NCBI GenBank assembly: GCA_032718475.1
Contig: JAUCBJ010007115.1
Coordinates: 47 to 64,046 of the forward strand
Length of the DNA: 64,000 nt
From: Nemertoderma westbladi
Taxonomy: Eukaryota > Animalia > Xenacoelomorpha
Reading direction: 5' to 3'
The translations under genes and the position numbers were made by a program. Below the pieces are notes generated by a model. It saw nothing but the letters and a program-made list of their open reading frames with translations. It had not been told where the DNA came from and did no database searches. Below are positions 1-13,300 of this stretch, in pieces (position 1 is the first letter of the stretch; the number at the start of each line of letters is the position of its first letter).

Positions 1-458
1 CTGACGGTCGGCAGAATAGTGTGCATGGTTGTGAGTGTGATGTGACTGGTAACAAAGCATTTCCTAAAGAATGCGACTTATACTTTAATCATAAGCCTTA
101 TCGTTGCGTTTAGTATAAGTCCTAGCTCTGTTTAAATAGATAGAGCGCCACGTCCTAAAGGAACTGTTAATATTTCCCGAAAGTTAATAATATCTGTCAG
201 AAATTACATATTAGTGATCTATCGAATAATACAATAGGTTTACACTGCAACCTTACACTGCAATAATAAAATCTAAGCATCCGAATTCAGCCTCCCGGGT
301 GTAGATCCATCGGGTGAATGATCGCGCATGGGCTGGCTTCGGCTAATGTTTTGTTTATTAGCATAAAATATTGTCGTATGCTAAAGGTGTGTTAATTAAC
401 TAAAAGACATATAAATTTTGGCAGGTTAAACTGCTAAAGGTCTTCAAAAGCGCGAACA
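1..458 (+). mobile_element. 3' part of an LTR related to the BEL/Pao LTRs at 38365/51754 (3' LTR or solo LTR, cut by window edge)
   Basis: Shares GAGCGCCACGTCCTAAAGGAACTGTTAATATTTCCCGAAAGT and ends in TTGGCAGGTTAAACTGCTAAAGGTCT..AAAGCGCGAACA, like the LTR ends at 39560 and 52950. Confidence 0.85.
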
Positions 459-1837
459 TGCCCCATTTGCTCTATATGAACCGTATGCCAAGGCTTGCCG
501 ACTACGTGCTGCGCGAAGTCCCCACGAACGTGTAAAGTCCCATACTTTACCAAAAAATAGCGAAATTTTTAATTTATACACAGAGAAGTAGTCTAACTAA
601 GCCCAATCACCCAGTGGAATGCAAAGCACGTTTGTGTTACGTCATCTTAAGAAACAATTACCTGTAGTTTCATAATCTACTCCCTCAGAAACATCATAAC
701 GGCCAATTGAAAATTGTCCCATAATTTACCATTATAATGGCGATTACATTAGTGCACTGTATTAATGTAATATATGAAACCTGGAGGGCAGGAGTGTTAT
801 AATGCTTTAGGGTGATAGTAGGGGGAAGCATAGAAGTATGTATTTGAACTAAGGATCATTCTTCAATTAACTTAATCTTTGAGTTTATGCATGTAAAGTC
901 CCGTACTTTACAACAAATTTCAAAAAATTTAGTTTTTTAGCAGATAAGAAGATCGGTAAGTACAGTAATTGATACATTTTCAGAAAAATGGAAAGAAATT
1001 CTAAACTTTTTACAGACTACATACCAAGTTAGGTTATATTTCATCAATGATTGGCGGACTTATTTCGGTTTTTATCAAAATTTTGAAACTATCGGTACCA
1101 ACAGACAGACTGTCTGATATGTGACCTTTGATTCCTTAAACTTCAGATTCTTTCCAAACTTTTGACAGACTTCATACGTACCAGGTTTGGTTTAATTTCA
1201 TCTAAAAATGACCGAGATATACAGTATTAGCGATCAAAAATTAGACAGAGGGCAGACTAAGGGCACCCATATGCTAAGACTTCGGGTCAATTTGTGGGCC
1301 GCCCCACATTTTGTATCCATATCTTGGTTGGAAATACTTAGTTGCACTTTATTATCACTAATTATCCAGAAATTACTGTTAGGTTAAGTGTAAGAGACCA
1401 TTTTGACCATAAAATTCGTACAGGTCCCGTACTTTACTTAGCAATGTCCCATACTTTACCACACAAACCACACTGTAAAAAATTAGCAATGCAGCAATTC
1501 GTCTTATATTTATATTTTTATTTAAGCTTAATAATACAGCTTTATCCTAAACATCAACTCAACACCGTACCTGCGCACAATTCGCTAAATTTTAGAATTG
1601 AAATCATAAAATAAAAAATACAATTTCGTACGAATCCGTACTTTACCTTAATTGGACAAGCTGGCGTTTTCTCAAAAGTGACTAAGTCCCGCCATAAGCT
1701 TCGCGAAATCAAAGCTGATATTCGAAAGTTTAATCCAAGCGCAATTTTGTGCACATATGTGCTGTGGATAACATTGTACAGGCAATTAAAGTTCAAAATT
1801 GTGTACGAATGTCCCGTACTTTACTTTGGAATGAGCC
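459..1837. repeat. Unclassified non-coding element with dispersed GTCCC(G/A)TACTTTAC motif
   Basis: Motif recurs near 537, 898, 1424, 1446, 1635 and 1811, as expected for subterminal repeats of a DNA element; ends not found. Confidence 0.4.
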
Positions 1838-3085
1838 AAAGGTCGTGGGACCATGGAGCCCATTTTGGCACTTAGAAGGATAATTGAAGAATTATCAAGA
1901 AAGAAAGACAGGCATCTGGCTGTTATCTTTGTTGACTTCTTCAAGGCCTTTGATTCAGTCTCTCGCTCACGTATGTTCAGCATACTTTCATTATATGGGA
2001 TTCCTGATGAAATTATTGCAGCAATCAGATCAGTATACGATGGTTCGACAACATTTGTGTCTACTGTTGACGGTGACACAGAACCATTTGAAGTGTTATG
2101 GGGCGTCCTCCAAGGAGACACACTTGCACCATTCTTGTTCATTATTGTGGTTGACTATGTTCTACGCATGTCCTTAGATCATCATAATGATGATGGAGTG
2201 ATGATAACTCCACCTACTGGCTCCATAAGTCGAGGAAATCCTGCCAAGTACCTAACTGATCTAGACTTTGCTGATGACTTAGGAGTACTCTCAGAATCAT
2301 TAGAGGGAGCCCAACGGCTCCTCAGCTCATTAGAACATGCTGCTTCTAAAGTTGGTCTTTTTATTAACTCCAGAAAGACCAAAATTCTGACAGTTAACTT
2401 TGAAAGTCCTCAGCAAGTCTCTGATCGGATGAGCATAAGCTCAAAGGATGGTATGCTTGAGCATGTGGACGACTTCTGTTACCTGGGATCATGGATCCGG
2501 AAGTCAGGTGAGGACCTTCGAATACGTAAGGGAAAGGCATGGGCAGCCTTGAATAGGCTTTCCAGGATTTGGAAGTCGCCGAGAATTAATCGGACACTTA
2601 AGGTCCGATTATTTAGAGCAGCAGTAGTTCCAGTACTCCTCTACGGGAGTCCATGCTGGGCTCTAACTGCTGAGGACACCAAATCTCTGGATGGCACATT
2701 CACAAGAATGCTACGCCGGGTTCATTGTGTCAAGTACAATGCACACATCTCCAACCAGACACTATATAACATTGGAGGTGTCTCATTGGTTCCCCCAAGC
2801 TTGACACTAGAACAAAATCGCCTCCGCTTTGCAGGACATTGCTTTCGCCGTGAGGACCAGCCAGTGCATAATCTTGTACTTTGGCAGCCTCATGGAGTGA
2901 ATAAGCATGGTGGACAGCCCATGACTTTCTTGAGACGCATCTTGTAGGACACTGGCCTTAAAGATGCGGATGATCTAGCAAATGTCATGGGTGATAGGGA
3001 GTTGTGGCGGTGCAATTTTGTTGACAAGCCGGCACAGCATTCCTAAAAAATGCAGCTGCAATGCAGCATGCGGATCCTAGTAGTA
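1838..3085 (+). mobile_element. 5'-truncated RTE-like LINE; RT ORF 1853-2947 ends in a premature stop
   Basis: VDFFKAFDSV, GVLQGDTLAPFLF, DFADD, RLRFAGHC; (TAG)n tail at about 3078-3085; near-identical to the minus-strand copy at 41989-43757, which reads through the stop. Confidence 0.93.
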
Positions 3086-3537
3086 TTATGGGTATATCTT
3101 ACTTGTAAAAATTTATCTACATATATACGTATATATACATATACAAATGGCATTTAAGAACAAAATGGTACTCGTCCTCAATTTCGTGGGTGTTACACAG
3201 CTGGCACAACCATCACTTCGTGGTACCTTGTGCCAGCGGCCCTTCTCAATTTCTAAGCTATGAGAAGAACAACGTAGACAAACACAATACTCTGCAGATA
3301 CTAGAGTGCCTACTTAGTGAATTTAAATACATTTCTGTACCGAAACGCGTCTTGTAATACAACAGGCCCTTGGGAGATCTGCCCAAAGCCTCCCACTACA
3401 ACTGGACAAAATTATCTTTTAATATGTTCCCAACTTTAAACTAAACCCATGGAAGTTAGCTGTTCTGTTTCCTGGTTGTCCCAAAGCCAAACTTTGGCCA
3501 ATGTTGTTCAGTAAGTCCCGGGCATTTAATAATAATA

Positions 3538-4281
3538 AAGCTATCCATTCACTACGGTAAGACTGAAAGTATTTTATTTGGTTCCAAAAGAAAGTTAAAG
3601 AAGGTAACTAAGTTTGAAGTCACTAGTAATGGACATAAGATTGAAAATAAAAAGGAAGTTAAATATTTAGGCGCCACATTGAATAACTGCTAATCAGGAG
3701 AAAGCACAGTGAAAAATATTTTCTCGAAAGTTATCAGTAGGCATAGGTTTCTATACAGAAATAAAAATAGTTTAAACACCGACTCCCGCAAGCTATCCAT
3801 TCACTACGGTAAGACTGAAAGTATTTTGTTTGGTTCCAAAAGAAAATTAAAGAAGGTAACTAAGTTTGAAGTCACTAGTAATGGACAATAAGATTGAAAA
3901 TAAAAAGGAAGTTAAATATTTAGGCGCCACATTGGATAACTGCTTATCAGGAGAAAGCGCAGTGAAAAATATTTTCTCGAAAGTTAACAGTAGGCTTAGG
4001 TTTCTATACAGAAATAAAAATAGTTTAAACACCGACTCCCGCAAGTTACTTTGCTCTTCTTTAATACAGTGTCACATGGACTATGCATGCTCTTCTTGGT
4101 ATGAAGGCTTAACCAAACAGCTTAAATGTAAATTACAAGTAGCTCAGAATAAAGTAGTACGATTTATTAAAGACTACAAACCTAGGCACCACCTAACTCC
4201 AGATGACTTTTCTGAATCTGGACTACTTAACTTAGATAGTAGAGTTAAAGCAGCTACGCCTTAACCATGTGCATAAAGTGT
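3538..4281 (+). mobile_element. CR1/L2-group LINE fragment (RT C-terminus) with a 252-253 bp tandem duplication
   Basis: KTESILFGS, VKYLGATLD, LIQCHMDYACSSWY, LQVAQNKVVRFI; 3538-3789 is repeated at 3790-4042. Confidence 0.85.
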
Positions 4282-5147
4282 ATAAGGTCAAAGTCAAAAT
4301 ATATGTTACATTAGTGTCTCACAGCGAGTGAAATTTATCAAAGTCTGTAACTTTTGAATCAGTGAACCAAAGTTAATAATTTAAGTTCATTTTAATGCTC
4401 TTGATAAACACTACAAACTGGATGGTCCAGCATCTTCTACACATAACTAACTATACCTGTATTCATCCCCTTGGGGGTGCTCTTATGTAGACCTTAGCTG
4501 TAGACCGTGAGCGAAACTTTTTTACCATCTCATTCCACGCACTGTCACTATTGATTGGAGCTGCGTGAGGTGTCAAGTACATGTTACTTCTTCTAAACAT
4601 AATATTCGCCCAAATAAATAAAATGTCGGTGGTGTGTTGCATGGGTGAATGTTGTTTACCTAAAGCGACCATTTTATATAAACATTGTAGACCGTGAATC
4701 AAATTTAAATACCATATTTCTGAAAACAGCTGATCGTGAATATATTGGTTCATGGTTTGAATATGAACTGAGCACCATAGGTTTCATTTTTAATAACAAT
4801 TGTATATAGCCAATGTATTGTATTGGCCCTGTATGACAAGGTATGTAATCATGAGGCAAACATTGTAGACCGTGAAACTGAATACCGTGAACACTTCTCA
4901 GAAGCAATGGTTCATGGTAGTCGTTTATCTGATTCATGGTCTACAAAATGTAGGCCCTATGTAGGCTAACTATGGAGAGGCAAATTGAAAGTGAAACTTT
5001 TGCATTCTACTTAACGTATTGTAGTAGTGAATTCTTACTTAATTGTACATTACACAGTACGATACCGTGACCGTTTACCGTGTACAGTACCTTGTATTGT
5101 ACCATGTCAGTTACTCTCGAAATTGTTTTGTTTATTTTCGCATAATA

Positions 5148-7313
5148 ATGGCACGTACAGTTAGCCAAGTTTCTAGGGATATAGATGCCAGAAGTAATGG
5201 TAAAAAATCGAAGAAGATAGAGAGACTGCAACAATCGCGAGTTAACAAAAATAATAAAAAAAAGACTATCGTTGTTGGACTACCGTCAGTAATCAATGAG
5301 AGTGTTAACCAACAAAGTACATGTCGAAGTCGCAGAGTTGCTGAAAAGATTTCGTGCAATTCATCCGAAAAATCCGGTAAACCACTGAGTCGAGCAACTT
5401 GATATAGAAAGAGCCACAAAGAATATTATGAACGTGAAAAGGAACGGCGAAGGATACGAGACAATAATAAATCAAAGGAGAAACGAGAAAGAATGAAAAA
5501 TGATCCTGTGTTCGGTGACCAACAACGATTAATTAACAATATCAAACAATGAAAATGGCGACAAAAGAAAAAATGTTATAAAAAAATGCCATCCACCTCA
5601 AAGGATGTTGATGAAGTTACCACACCTTCTTCCTCCCGACACCTGAAACAACAAGAGCGTCGTAAACGTGAACGAGATGTGAAAATAATGGAATTATTGA
5701 ATGATAATTTTGAACTCAACAAAAAAATAGCACAGCTGGAGAAGGAGATAAACATCGGCAAGAGACATGGAGGAGAGAATAAAGGTAGGAGAGGAGAGAA
5801 GAGGTGAGTTGGACGATGTTATAGAAGTTGACAATGAAAGGTCTGGGGATACACCAGTGATTTTGGATGATAAATCTCCAAGCAAGGATGTTGTTCATAC
5901 ACTGAGTAATAGAATACTAAGAAAACTGCCTAAAACTGCGAAATTTAAGGACATAGTATTGCGACGAGTATTAATGCGTACTGCTTCAGCAGCATTCGAT
6001 ATAGCTGATAATTCTAATAAAGAGAATATGGGGAATTACGGAGAATTATCCAAAAAATCCAAAAAGGAGCTTATAAAGATAAAAAGTAAACATAGAGAAT
6101 CAGTGACAAAAAATAGCTTCAACGGTTGATTCCAACAGGCAATTTGTTTGGAGAACCATTAACAACAAGGCGAAAGTTCAAGTTAAAGCTTCAGATAATT
6201 GGAAGGGCAAGGTTTTTGAATTCTTCAACTGGGATGAGATTTCTCATGTTTTACCGTGCATAAAATCAAAGAGAGCGCTATTGATAACAATGGAGGAGTC
6301 TTTCTCGCAATTTAAATCTATGTATCCCAACTTAAAACTTGGATTCACTACATTCAAACAACTTAGACCAATCAATGTTCGACCGATTAAGCCACCGGAT
6401 AGGAGAGTGTGTCAATGTACACAGTGTACAAACTTTAAATTCCGATTGGAAGCTCTTGTGTCTTGTGGTGGCTGCACGTCGTAAGCAAGGACTACGCAAT
6501 TTTCCGACAAATGAGTACACAATAACAAAACGGTTAGCGTGCGAGGACAAGCTTAATTTCTTATTTCTCTCGCTTATTTCTCACGTAGCTTGCTGTGATA
6601 GCAAGGTAGATGAACTTTACAAAGATTTATTAGATGGAAATGTTGTTGTTAAACAGTGGAAAAAAGTTAAAATTAGCAATACTGAGTAATGGATATTAGA
6701 AGAAGATAATTCAACAGTAATGAAAGTCATTGAGAATATTAAAGCTGCCTTTCATCCAATCATTTGTCACCTATTTAGAGCAGACAACCAGTATTTGACG
6801 AGACGTTTATTAGCAGAGAGTCTAGTTCCAGGCGAAATATTGATGTGGGCAGATTTTGCCAAAAATCTTACTATTGATGTGGATAATGAAATCCAGCAGG
6901 CCCACTGGGGGAAAAAACACGTGACTGTGCATCCTGTAAGAGTTTACCTATTTGGAAGTAGTGTGAACATTGTTTTTATATCGGATTATCTAACTCACGA
7001 CCATGTCTTTGTGCGGTTTGCTACTCAGAAAGTAGAAGAATATCTATGGAATATTAAAGGGGAACAAGTTAATACTATCTACCGGTTTTTCGATGGTTCT
7101 GGGGCACAATATAAGAGCCGGTTCGCATTCCATTCCTTGCGTGATCTTCCTCAATTACTAGAAGTCAAACTTTCATTCAATTTCTTCGAACAGGTCATGG
7201 GAAGGGGGCTTCGGATGGAATCGGAAGTTTGGTCAAGCGGCAAACTCGTGATGCTTGTCTGAAGGGGGTTATCATGAATAACGCTGAAGATGTTTTCAAC
7301 TACTGTAAGGACA
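5148..7313 (+). pseudogene. Transposase pseudogene (stops and frameshifts), continuing at 13717-13940 after the Gypsy insertion
   Basis: VCQCTQC, ADFAKN..IQQAHW..TVHP, ISDYLTHD, FFDGSGAQYKS, and in a shifted frame GHGKGASDGIGSLVKR; removing the Gypsy joins FNYCKD to SKEL. Confidence 0.75.
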
Positions 7314-10300
7314 GCGCCACCCAGTTGGGTAGCACCCACCATTCCCATTGAGGCTGTGCCATAGGTCAGGACCGACCCTTCACCTTACGGTTTTTTTACA
7401 TACATCATAGCCTACCGGTTGTTGTGTCTGTGTCTTCCATATTACCGCAGTACCGCGTTTGTGCTGCATACCTATCTGTTATACTTCTGTTATACCATTA
7501 TACTGTTATACAGTTATATGAGTTGTGATACATATACGTTTGCCTTTGTTGCTGTTCATACACCAGCTTCTCCTTTACCTTGGCGTGGTGGCAGCTTGTG
7601 TTCGATCTCCACTGCCTTGATTACCTAATTTACTTATTCTGTTATTCCAGTATTTGTATTCTACAACTCTACCATTCTGCCATTACCGACACAGGTACTT
7701 CAAGCCACTAGGCCAATAGCAAATAGGCCTAGACGACGTTCCCAATCTGCTACACTACCGGTACTTTCACCAGGGAGAATTAAATTCCTTACAACTGTAC
7801 AACGGCACCGGTCAGCCAGTGTTCGTTTACTGCATACCGGTACAGCTTTACCTAACTGACTGTCCCCAAAGTAATTGTACCCGAATGCCGAACTGTTAGT
7901 TTTACCAATCAAAATCAATCAATCTCAAAAGACGTTTTATTTATTCCAGTACTGCCTGTCAGCCTTCCCTGCCAATCTACAGTCCGTAGTCAGTCATCAG
8001 GTCATGGATCGGCCACAGTTCAAGTCACCACGTTTAGTTGCTCTAACAAAAACAGAAACCATAACTACTTTTGAAAACTGGCGTCAGAGTTTACTGTTTA
8101 ATATATCTCTTTCACCAGAGTTCAAACGCTTTACCCTCCCGGGCACAGTTTGGTTGCCAGCCACAGACCCTGATCCACATCGCGGTTTTACAAATGATGG
8201 CAACGATGTTCCTGCTGCTACCCGACAGTCTGCTGCGGCGATTGCCCACAGTTTGGAAATCATGCTGGGTTTTATCTCTAACCTTGCTCCCATAGTTGCT
8301 CGTGAGTCAATCATAAGAGATTCTACATCCTTACAGTCCATATGGCAAACAATTCGCTTACATTATGGTTTTCAGCAAACAGGAGCTCAGTTTTTAGCAT
8401 TCCTAGATCATAAGCTTGAGTTAGACGAACGCCCGGAGGACCTTTATCAACGCCTCCGTGCATTTATTGATGACAGTTTACTGTCCCCTGAAGTCGGCAT
8501 ACGCCATCATGGTATCGTTCCCACCCAGAAAGAATCTCTTGGTCCAGTAATGGAGAATACCATAGTTGTACTATGGCTTCACTTAGTCCATCCAGCACTA
8601 CCACGATTAATTGCACAACGCTATGGCACTAACCTTCGTTTAGATACCATTGCTTCTATAAAACCAGAGATTTCAGCTGCCCTTCCATCCTTATTGGCGG
8701 AACTCAACTCTTCTGAGATCCATACAATGCGGTCAAATGTTTACCGTCCTTCCAACCCCCGTCCCTCACGATTCCAGTCCCGGAATGGTCCACTTTCGGG
8801 TACCTCTGCGCGGTTCTCATACCCCCAGTTCCCCCGACCCACACCTGTCAACACCCCTCGTACATTTGCTGGGCAACGGTCTCCCCCCGTCTGCCCCTTC
8901 TGTCAGCTTGCAGGTCGTCGCCATGACCACTTTCTCAGTAGTTGTAAATCATTACCCGTGTCTGACCAACGTTTCCTATCTTCAGTTCGAAATGTTGACA
9001 TTGTTGATGATTATGCAGATCCATATGCAGAATACAGTAGTATGCCTGAAGAACAGTGCCAGGATCAGTATTTAGAGGATTGTAGCCCATCCATCAACCG
9101 TGTAGCTGTTTCTCATTCCCCTATAATACAGTTATATTATGGGACAACAATTGTTGATATTCTTATAGACAGTGGCGCTGAATCTGATTTAATTCTAGAC
9201 ACGTTTGCCCATAGCCTTGGTGTTAAGGTTAGGCCCAATCACGACCAAGTACCAGCCCAGGCAGATGGGTCCTCCCGCCTTCGTGTAGTAGGTGATACCA
9301 TTTTTACATTGGAGCGAAACGGACTCCAGTTCCTGTTCCGTGGTTTAGTCGTGAGTAATTTGTCATCGCCAATCCTTGCAGGAATGCCATTTTTGATCTA
9401 TAATGATATTAGCCTCCATCCGGCTACTCATAGTGTCAGTTTTAGCGATGGATCCACACTCAGCTACCGTCCAGAAACCAATAAGTACCATAATCCACCC
9501 CGAGTACGACAGGTCTCTACATCCTGTATCCTCAGAGCAGCCACTCAATCATCTGTTGTATGGCCTGGTGATCACCTCAAGGTTCTCGTCCCTCCAGTTG
9601 TAGGTTCACTCCCTGGCGTTTTGGTTGCTCCCCATACCAAATCATCACTTTCGCGACGCACCCCATCCAATTGGTTTGCACCAATGTCCCTACCAGTTGA
9701 AGACAACTATATATCTATTCCCAATCACTCTCCGGATCCTATCTTTATCCAGCGTAATTCTCATGTTGGTGTCGTAACCCCCGTCATGGAGTCTCCTCAT
9801 GTGTCTCTCCTCCCAGGTCCAAGCGTTCCTCCAACCATACGATCAGTGAAGGTACCCCTTATTGATATGATTGAATCCGTTAAAATTGACCCTGACAACA
9901 TTATGTCTTATCGCGAACGGGCACATTTCCATGATGTTCTCAAGTCATATGCATCCGTTTTCAATCCCCAGTATACTGGCTATAACGGCCAATCTGGCCC
10001 ATTTGAGGCTGTTGTAAATATCGGTGCAACTCTGCCCCCCCAACGGAAAGGTCGTGTACCCCAGTACTCTCGTAATCGACTTGTGGAGCTTCAAGCAAGG
10101 TTTGATGAATTGGAACAGTTAGGTGTTTTTGCCACCCCAGAAAGTATTGGCGTTAATGTAGAGTACCTCAATCCCTCATTTCTTGTTTCAAAACCTAATG
10201 GTGGAACACGCCTCGTTACTGCTTTCACTGAAGTAGCAAAATTTTGTAAGCCTCAGCCTGCCCTTCTACCTGATGTAAATTCTACCCTTCGGGCTATCGG

Positions 10301-13300
10301 CCAGTTCAAGTATCTAATTAAGACAGACCTAACTAGCGCATTTTATCAAATACCTCTCCAGAAGTCCTCTATGCGTTATTGTGGTGTTGTCACACCGTTT
10401 CGAGGCGTCCGTGTTTATACACGTTGCGCCATGGGAATGCCTGGGTCTGAAACGGCTCTTGAAGAGCTTTTGACACGAGTCCTAGGAGATTTGCTCGTTT
10501 CTGGCTGCGTAATTAAGCTGGCTGACGACCTATATTGTGGGGGTAACACAGTTGATGAAGCTCATTCTGCCTTTAGCCAGCTCTTACAAGCCCTCAGTGC
10601 CAATGGCCTTTGCTTGGCTGCGTCCAAGACCATTATCTGTCCAAAGTCCACCACCATTCTTGGCTGGGTATGGTCCCAAGGCACTATATCTGCTTCTTCA
10701 CACATAACATCCGCTCTATCTAGTTGTGCTCGCCCCGACACCATGCGTTCCTTGCGTTCATTTATTGGTTCCTATAAGACCCTCACACGAGTTCTTCCCA
10801 GATGCTCTGCCTTGATTGGTCCACTTGATTCTCTTCTCACTTCATCACCCCATGAGCCAATACAGTGGAATGACGAGTCTACAGCTGTTTTCCATCGTGC
10901 ACAGGCTGCTATACAATCTTGCCACACTGTCTCCCTCACCCAAACTACTGACGAATTATTTATTCTTACTGATGCTGCATCAAGCAATGATGGCCTTGGA
11001 GCAATCCTTTATGCTAAGAGGGATTCCCGAATGTTAGTAGCAGGTTACTATTCGGCTAAGTTACAGACCCACCATCACACATGGTTGCCTTGTGAGCTAG
11101 AAGCCCTGGCCATTTCAAATGCTATCAAGCATTTCTCACCATTGATACTTAATAGTTCATTACCAACTCAAGTACTCACCGATAGCAAGCCTTGTGTACA
11201 GGCATACCAAAAGATGTCCCGTGGTATCTTTTCTAGCAGCCCTCGGATTTTTACTTTTCTTGCTACTGCAAGCCAGTTTCGTGTTCGGATCACCCATATC
11301 AGTGGTAACAGTAATCTTCCTGCTGATTTCCAGAGTAGGAACATTCTCCCATGTGAGTTGCAGAGTTGTCAAATCTGCAAGTTCCTCGCCGAATCAGAAG
11401 AGTCACCAGTCGTCAGGGTCCTACCAGTTAAACCTGTCTTACAAGCTCATACCACACTAGCACCTAATAATTCTATTGATATTTGTCCCCGTCCAGTCTA
11501 TGCTAATCGCAGTGCGTGGTTAGCTACTCAACGTGAAGACCCCGAACTTGCTCGGGTATCGAGTTACCTTTCATATGGTACTCGCCCTGGCAAAAAGGAC
11601 ACTCACAGTCGTGATATCAAACGATATCTTGGATGTGCCATTATAGCTTCTGATGGTCTTCTTATTGTCCGCCATGACCGACCTTTTTCCTCCGTTCGTG
11701 AATCAATTGTTGTGCCCAGGAGCAGTCTACCAGGTTTGTTGATGTCTCTTCATTTGGAGCTTAATCATCCTTCCCGTACCCAGCTTCGGAAGGTTTTTCT
11801 CCGGTATTTCTTTGCCCTTGATCTGGATTCCACACTCGATACTACCATTAGATCATGTCATCAGTGTGTTGCACTTAGTACAGCTCCTCCACAATTAATA
11901 CCACAATCAGCATCCAACCCACCTGCTGTTCTTGGTATTTCCTTTGCTGCAGACGTATTTCGCCAACATCGACAGTACATATTGCTTGTTCGTGAGACAT
12001 TATCATCATTTACCACATCATGTGAAATCGCAGATGAGCGTTCTGAAACCCTCCGTAATGCTTTAATATTATTAACCTCAAACCTGGTTCCAATCAGTGG
12101 CCCCCCTGCCGTTATACGCGTGGATCCTGCACCAGCCTTCAAATCACTTGATGGTGATGCCTTTCTTCTACGCCATAATATAAGACTGGAAATAGGTAAT
12201 CCCAAGAATATAAACAAGAACCCAGTAGCGGAACATGCCATTGGTGAATTAAAACGGGAGCTACTCCGTCACCAGCCTGCAGGTGGCCCCTTCTCTGCTG
12301 TCGTATTAGCAGTATGCACTGCTCGCGTAAACGCCCTCCTGCGATCATCTGGTCTCTCTGCTCGTGAGATTCTATTCGCCCGCGATCAAAACACGGGTGA
12401 TCAAATCCCAGTCAGTGACGTATCACTCTCCATCACTCAACGTCAACGCCGCGATGAAAACCATGATGCCAGTGCTCGTTCCAAAACACCTAGACCTCGT
12501 TTGTTACCCTCTTCACCCCCCATTAGGGTAGGTGATCTTGTCTACCTCCGAAGTGATGATCATAAGTTACATGCTCGTTGTCGTTACCTAGTTGCCTCTA
12601 TTGATGGTGAGTGGGCATCAATCCGCAAATTTGTGGGCACACAGTATCGCACCCTTGCCTATCGCGTGCCTCTCCATGATTGTTACTCAATACCATCTAT
12701 TTCACCAGTTTGTAACCCCACACCCAGTGAATCTGATGATGATGACGTGGAGGTACTTACACCAGTTGACAAAATGGGTTCTGTCAAACCAGCTGAGGGC
12801 CATCGTAGTGATGGAGATGAGTTTACTATACCCGCCCCATCAACACCTAGCTCTGAGACCCCTCTCCCTTTGTCTCGAGCTGATTGCGATGAAGTCTCGC
12901 CAGTCGTTGCTCCACCTGATCCCATCCCACCACAGGATGCAGCCTCTCGATGGCCGCGACGCACCCGAAATCCTCCAAAATACTACGGGTATCCGAATCA
13001 GTGATGTCTCAAACATTAAATGCTCATCACATACTGCCCTTCCCTACATACGAGTTGATTAATATACCTCAGCGAAACTCATCTGACTCATTTAGTAGAG
13101 AAGCTCCTATGACTCATTTATTAGTCATTATTTGGTGTTGGTGTTGGTTTTTACCATATAATTAATACTTTACCTGACTCAGAACTTATATTAACGTGTA
13201 TAGTTTAACGCTAGGTTGTTTGTGTTTGTGTTTGATAATTGTATATCCTACTGTAGTATGTAGTTTAAAGTCTCCGTTTGTCATGATTGATTCTGGCACA

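Noticed and set aside
4463-4937. Minus-strand ORFs as a transposon accessory gene
   Set aside because: They overlap subterminal DNA repeats and show no protein motif.
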